Shown piece by piece: positions 63,731-64,000 of a stretch of DNA of 64,000 nt. The stretch spans positions 352,001 through 416,000 of the forward strand of contig CAWGED010000004.1 in the NCBI GenBank assembly GCA_963821525.1, read 5' to 3'. Source of the stretch: an uncultured Gemmatimonadales bacterium (lineage in GTDB: Bacteria > Gemmatimonadota > Gemmatimonadetes > Gemmatimonadales > GWC2-71-9). Made by a program: the position numbers and the translations under genes. The number at the start of each line of letters is the position of its first letter. The first letter of the stretch is position 1. The notes under the pieces are model-generated. The model was given only the letters and a program-made list of their open reading frames with translations, did not search any database and was not told where the DNA came from.

Positions 63731-64000
63731 CGCTCTCATCACCACCACCTCCCCCTCCCGCAGCACCTCCCCCGACACCACCACCGGCGTCGCCACCAAC
63801 TCAGCAGCTTCTCCTTCGGCAACGGCGCTCCGTCGGGGCCGGTCAGTAGAATGAAGGCTGCCGGGCCGGTGGAGTCGTGGACGATGAGCAGTGGCGGAGC
63901 GCCGCCGGAGAGACAGCGCGTGGCGCAGCCGCGGTGGACCGCGCCGTTCCCCGGGCGCATGACGCCCAGGTAGCACTTCGAGTCCACGATCTCGCCGTGC
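63704..64000 (-). CDS. 5'-truncated hypothetical Cys/His-motif protein; frameshifted
   Basis: GEIVDSKCYLGVMRPG.G..HRGCATRCLSGGAPP. Confidence 0.65.
   Translation of the reverse strand, partial: ARRDRGLEVLPGRHAPGERRGPPRLRHALSLRRRSATAHRPRLHRPGSLHSTDRPRRSAVAEGEAAELVATPVVVSGEVLREGEVVVMRAEGIEGLRD

Overview
High-GC bacterial chromosomal window. Gene content and style suggest Gemmatimonadota (inference only). Many conserved genes are split by single-base indels, most likely long-read consensus errors rather than true pseudogenes. Layout: (1) 1-23 kb, housekeeping and signalling genes (MCP with LivK-like binding protein, Smr, cold-shock protein, Ogt, YhaM-like HD nuclease, YceI, pilin, MerR-like/lemA/htpX/acyltransferase, receiver and HD-GYP proteins, mqnD, glnA), with an ORF-poor 0.6 kb gap at 9.35-9.93 kb that holds DnaA-box-like motifs and a strong candidate ~290-nt structured ncRNA. 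(2) 23.2-41.6 kb, an accessory block of mostly uncharacterised genes: a 1209-aa membrane protein, LysM-M15 peptidase, metallophosphoesterase, two GMC oxidoreductases, patatin and a LuxR regulator. (3) 43.6-60.7 kb, a surface-modification locus: AEP-transaminase-like enzyme, two cytidylyltransferases, two CDP-alcohol phosphotransferases, glycosyltransferases, flippase, wecD/wecE/rfbA/rfbB and methyltransferases. (4) 60.8-64 kb, a BamA-like outer-membrane protein and a four-helix-bundle gene. About ten intergenic elements built from inverted arrays of 7-9-nt tandem repeats are scattered through the window. Most begin at stop codons; one is nested in another, one carries a REP-like palindrome and one encloses the four-helix-bundle (Avd-like) gene. 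No tRNA, rRNA, CRISPR array, integrase or transposase was recognised.
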